This document shows positions 20,716-23,919 of a stretch of 23,919 nucleotides of DNA, piece after piece. Positions within the stretch are counted from its first letter, which is position 1, and each line of letters starts with the position of its first letter. Below the pieces are notes generated by a model. It saw nothing but the letters and a program-made list of their open reading frames with translations. It was not told the origin of the DNA and did not search any database. Both the position numbers and the translations under genes were made by a program. Source of the DNA: Catajapyx aquilonaris (Eukaryota); assembly GCA_000934665.2 (NCBI GenBank), contig KZ538296.1, forward strand, positions 62,001 to 85,919, read 5' to 3'.

Positions 20716-21168
20716 TGAAGCAGAATCAAATAAATATGGTTAAAAGTCTAAAAATGGAACTTTAATTAAAATTTCTGAAAAAGTGGTCAAAATAATTGCA
20801 ATCTTTTGCACAATTGTTAGAAGTATTGGGCCATCTTTACACACTGAGTTACTTGCACTGGACTATAGCCAAGGATTTACGTCACCCACACCAAGAGAAA
20901 GAAATTGTGAGTTTTTACTCCTCGCAGAATGACATGTTTCATTGTCAGTTTAACCTGCTTAGGTATACATAGACTACCTTGATGGCAGCACCATTTTGAC
21001 AATATTTAATGATCCAATATATTTTATGTCGAGGAGAAATCATCCTTATTTTATGTTGTCTATATATTAAGGAGGTTTGATATTTGTTAACTTATCAGGT
21101 GGACCTGAGCTATTAATACTGATACTCAATTGATGTCACCATTTTGTTAAAACTGAATATAGTAATAA

Positions 21169-21956
21169 CTAGCAGGTTACCCGGCGTTGCCCGGGTATGT
21201 TGGGGTGCTGGTAAAGGTAGGGGTACATATATATTAGGAAGTTTGTTTGTCTGTAAAATTTACGTTCCTCAATATGTCTTATAAGTAACAATAAGGCAAA
21301 GTTTGTCACTATCTGCTATAGATTACCTGCTTCTCTTAGAGCATACTAGCAGGTTACCCTGCGTTGCCCGGGTATGTTAGGGTGCTGGTAAAGATAGGGG
21401 TACATATATTTTAGGAAGTTTGTTTTTTTGTAAAGTGTGCATACCATGCACTCGAAACTCGATATGCCTTAAAACAGGCCTTATAAGTTACAATAAGCCA
21501 AAGTTTGTCACTATCTGTCATAGATTACATGCTTCGGTTTTAGCGTAGTTGACGCAGATATACTGATTGGATGTGTAAAAACACTAAAACGAGGAATGCA
21601 GATAGAGTTGGCTCAGGAAAAGAATGCACAGCCATGTTTTTTTGTTTTTTTTTCAGAATAATTTTTGACCCCCTTCACCCCCCAACCCCACCTCACACCC
21701 CCACCTCGTTCCATATGTTTGCCCAGAATAACTTTAGAAATGCACGTACAGATGCCTGGTGGGAATTTTGTTTTCGAATATGCATTCAGGAATATGCGTG
21801 TTGTGGGAGTTAGGCTCATTTTCGGAAGCTGAAACACGCGCCATTAAATTCCTTGAAAAAAGTAACCCCCGATGAGCTAGTTTAAGGATGTGTAGGGGCA
21901 TTCCCCTCAATTTCTATAGCGAATCCACAAACAAACTAAAATATAGATTAAGAAGA
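21169..21956 (-). mobile_element. Non-autonomous Helitron with a tandemly duplicated 3' end
   Basis: The minus strand reads A|TC...(GTTT)n...TACCCGG-GCAACG-CCGGGTA hairpin, then CTAG|T. A second hairpin plus CTAG lies at 21346-21374. The 5' TC is at 21956 (alternative 21947). Confidence 0.85.
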
Positions 21957-22049
21957 TAATTAGCTTTTTTGTTGAATTATGTGATCATAATTGTAGGGAA
22001 TACCTTCGTCCAGCTTTTTTCAATTTTGCCCACTATGCACAGGTTAGGC

Positions 22050-22280
22050 AATGGGATTTTGTCATGTGGGAAAAGTTCAAATGGGTTCTGTCTACATTTT
22101 CATGGGTTTTCTCAGGGACTTCCCATTTCCTTCAATTCAAAATTCATCAAGAGCAACGATGTGGTAAACGTTGGGTATTCAAAAGAAAATTCCCTGTGGG
22201 ATCCCCCACCATGAGATATCCTGCTGCTGTTGTTGTTACGATCGCTACCACTACTACTGCCACCACTACTCTACTACTTC
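22050..22280 (+). mobile_element. Old diverged V-SINE relative with a decayed trinucleotide tail
   Basis: ATGGGTTCTGTCTACATTTTCATGGGTTTTCTCAGGGACTTCCCATTTCC...TCAAAATTCATCA matches the V core. (CTG/TTG/CTA)n tail. Confidence 0.65.
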
Positions 22281-23267
22281 ATGCTACACTTGAACATGAG
22301 GTGACAGAGAGAAGTGCATGAGCCTTCAACTAAAACAGATCTGACCTGGCTTTTGCAACATACTATGTATTTTTATTTATTATTTATTTTGTTTACCATG
22401 TGATAGAGCAGTGCTTTCTTGGGGGGAAATATACAATACATATAGATAACACAGTATACTATATGTATTGTCAGTGGCATGTTAGGTTCAACTCCTGCAG
22501 TTAAGCTAGGGAATGCAAGGGTGGGCAGAACCTGTGGATGGTTTATTCAAATGTGAGCCATGATTGCTATAGTGAAGGAGTGACAGTTACATTGGTCCCC
22601 TCTTTGGCTTCCCTCCCTTTCCCTGCTCCCCTCTCTTATGTCAAATCTTAAGGTGCACTAAATCTGCATGTTCCAAATGAACTGACTTCTTATGCTACCC
22701 ACATTTTGTTACCACACTAATGGTTATTTCTAGAAGCCACTAAAATATTTCTAATATTAGTGTAAATTTAAACATCCTTTGGAATACTGCAAAGAAGGTC
22801 TGGATTTGATATGGGAGGGGGGGTATTTTCAAGACTGTATTTCTATCATTTATAAGGAAACCTGTCCAATAGGAGAAATATGTGCAGAACAGAGCAATTC
22901 TGCTACAAACAAAAAGGACACATTTCGTTGGCCCACAAGCAATGGGGTTGGTTGGCACAGGTGCTAACCCATACTATATTCTAAGACTGATTGCTTGATT
23001 GGATATTTATGGCAAAACAGCAGCTAAGGCTAGGCTGCACCACAATGGTTCCAACATAGAGAGGGAACAATGGGAACAGCCGCCAGAACAATATAAAATA
23101 TAAAAATAGCACCTTCAACCAGTGGCTTGTAGACCCTCAGGGGTGCATGGACGTGTCCAAACAAGTGCGTAAAAGATAATTAGGGTAACTTGTCTACTTG
23201 ATGGCGTAAACTAGTACCCACATATGTTCTGGATATTTCTACTAAAATAGAATCAATGCGATATATA

Positions 23268-23829
23268 CAGGGTGTTTATTGTAACTCTGCAAAGACTTTC
23301 AGGGGTAATAGAGGGGACCAAGACAAGTCTTTTTGACATAGGAACCCGTGTCCGGAAACGCCATCTAGAGGGGGTTCATAGACAAGGAACGGGTGCGCTC
23401 AGACGCGTCACGCATGAGGCGCTAGGCGAGCGGACTGTTTTGTTGATAGATGGCGCGCAGTTGTTGCCAGGTTATGGCGTATCCCATCGTTGTAAGCAAA
23501 CAACGATGTGATACGCCATAACCTGGCAACAACAGAACTGTTGTTGACTCTCCGTGTGTCTCCTGGGAGGCAGACTTTAGTTGCTAGATGGCTCTGCTGT
23601 TGCCAGGTTATGGCACCTCGCATCGTTGGTTACTATCCGAGCGCCACCTATCAACAAAACAGTCTGCTCGCCTAGCGCCTCATGCGTGACGCGTCTGAGC
23701 GCACCCGTTCCTTGTCTATGAACCCCCTCTAGATGGCGTTTCCGGACACGGGTTCCTATGTCAAAAAGACTTGTCTTGGTCCCCTCTATTACCCCTGAAA
23801 GTCTTTGCAGAGTTACAATAAACACCCTG
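23268..23829. mobile_element. Young 562-bp fold-back MITE with arms of about 190 bp
   Basis: Arms identical for the first about 160 bp. TA flanks. Internal motif TGTTGCCAGGTTATGGC occurs three times in mixed orientation. Confidence 0.95.
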
Positions 23830-23851
23830 TATATATATATATATATATATA
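23830..23851. repeat. (TA)11 tract between two CAGGGTG elements
   Basis: Direct reading of the sequence. Confidence 0.95.
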
Positions 23852-23919
23852 CAGGGTGATCCAACTCTATGGCACCAGTAGTTATTGAAAAAATCGCGCA
23901 AGCTGCTTGTTTATAAGCA
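23852..23919. mobile_element. Left end of another CAGGGTG-terminal element, running out of the window
   Basis: TA-CAGGGTGATCCAACTC. The partner end is not visible. Confidence 0.6.

Noticed and set aside
23272..23864. Near-identical convergent ORFs (VFIVTLQRLSGVIEG...)
   Set aside because: They are readings of the two arms of the fold-back MITE.
1..23919. Hammerhead or HDV-like ribozymes and CRISPR-like arrays
   Set aside because: Isolated CTGANGA-like cores lacked the required flanking stems, and there is no repeat-spacer periodicity. This was a manual scan only; an Infernal search would be decisive.

Overview
Eukaryotic genomic DNA, most likely from an invertebrate animal. It holds one complete intron-split gene on the minus strand: an AGPAT5/LPAAT-epsilon-like 1-acyl-sn-glycerol-3-phosphate acyltransferase. 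Its six coding exons are 19180-18962, 14757-14679, 9646-9444, 3881-3629, 2701-2578 and 1663-1435. All junctions are GT-AG and phase-compatible, giving 1107 nt (368 aa) with the motifs NHQSVVD and FPEGTR. Introns and flanks are a dense patchwork of small transposable elements: about 11 Tc1/mariner-type elements with TA-CAGGGTG termini (two carry rosa-like or maT-like transposase remnants), a decayed mariner, hAT, PIF/Harbinger and Sola-like MITEs, a non-autonomous Helitron with two 3' ends, and two tRNA-derived SINE families, one with a V-domain. The most striking structural property is the number of long fold-back palindromes (79 to 602 bp) inside the transcribed gene. Also notable are the nesting and end-to-end stacking of elements and the CpG-biased decay between palindrome arms. 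I see no prokaryotic-type system (no CRISPR, no operon). Nearly all short ORFs in the track are spurious readings of repeats. All alignments and counts were made by eye.
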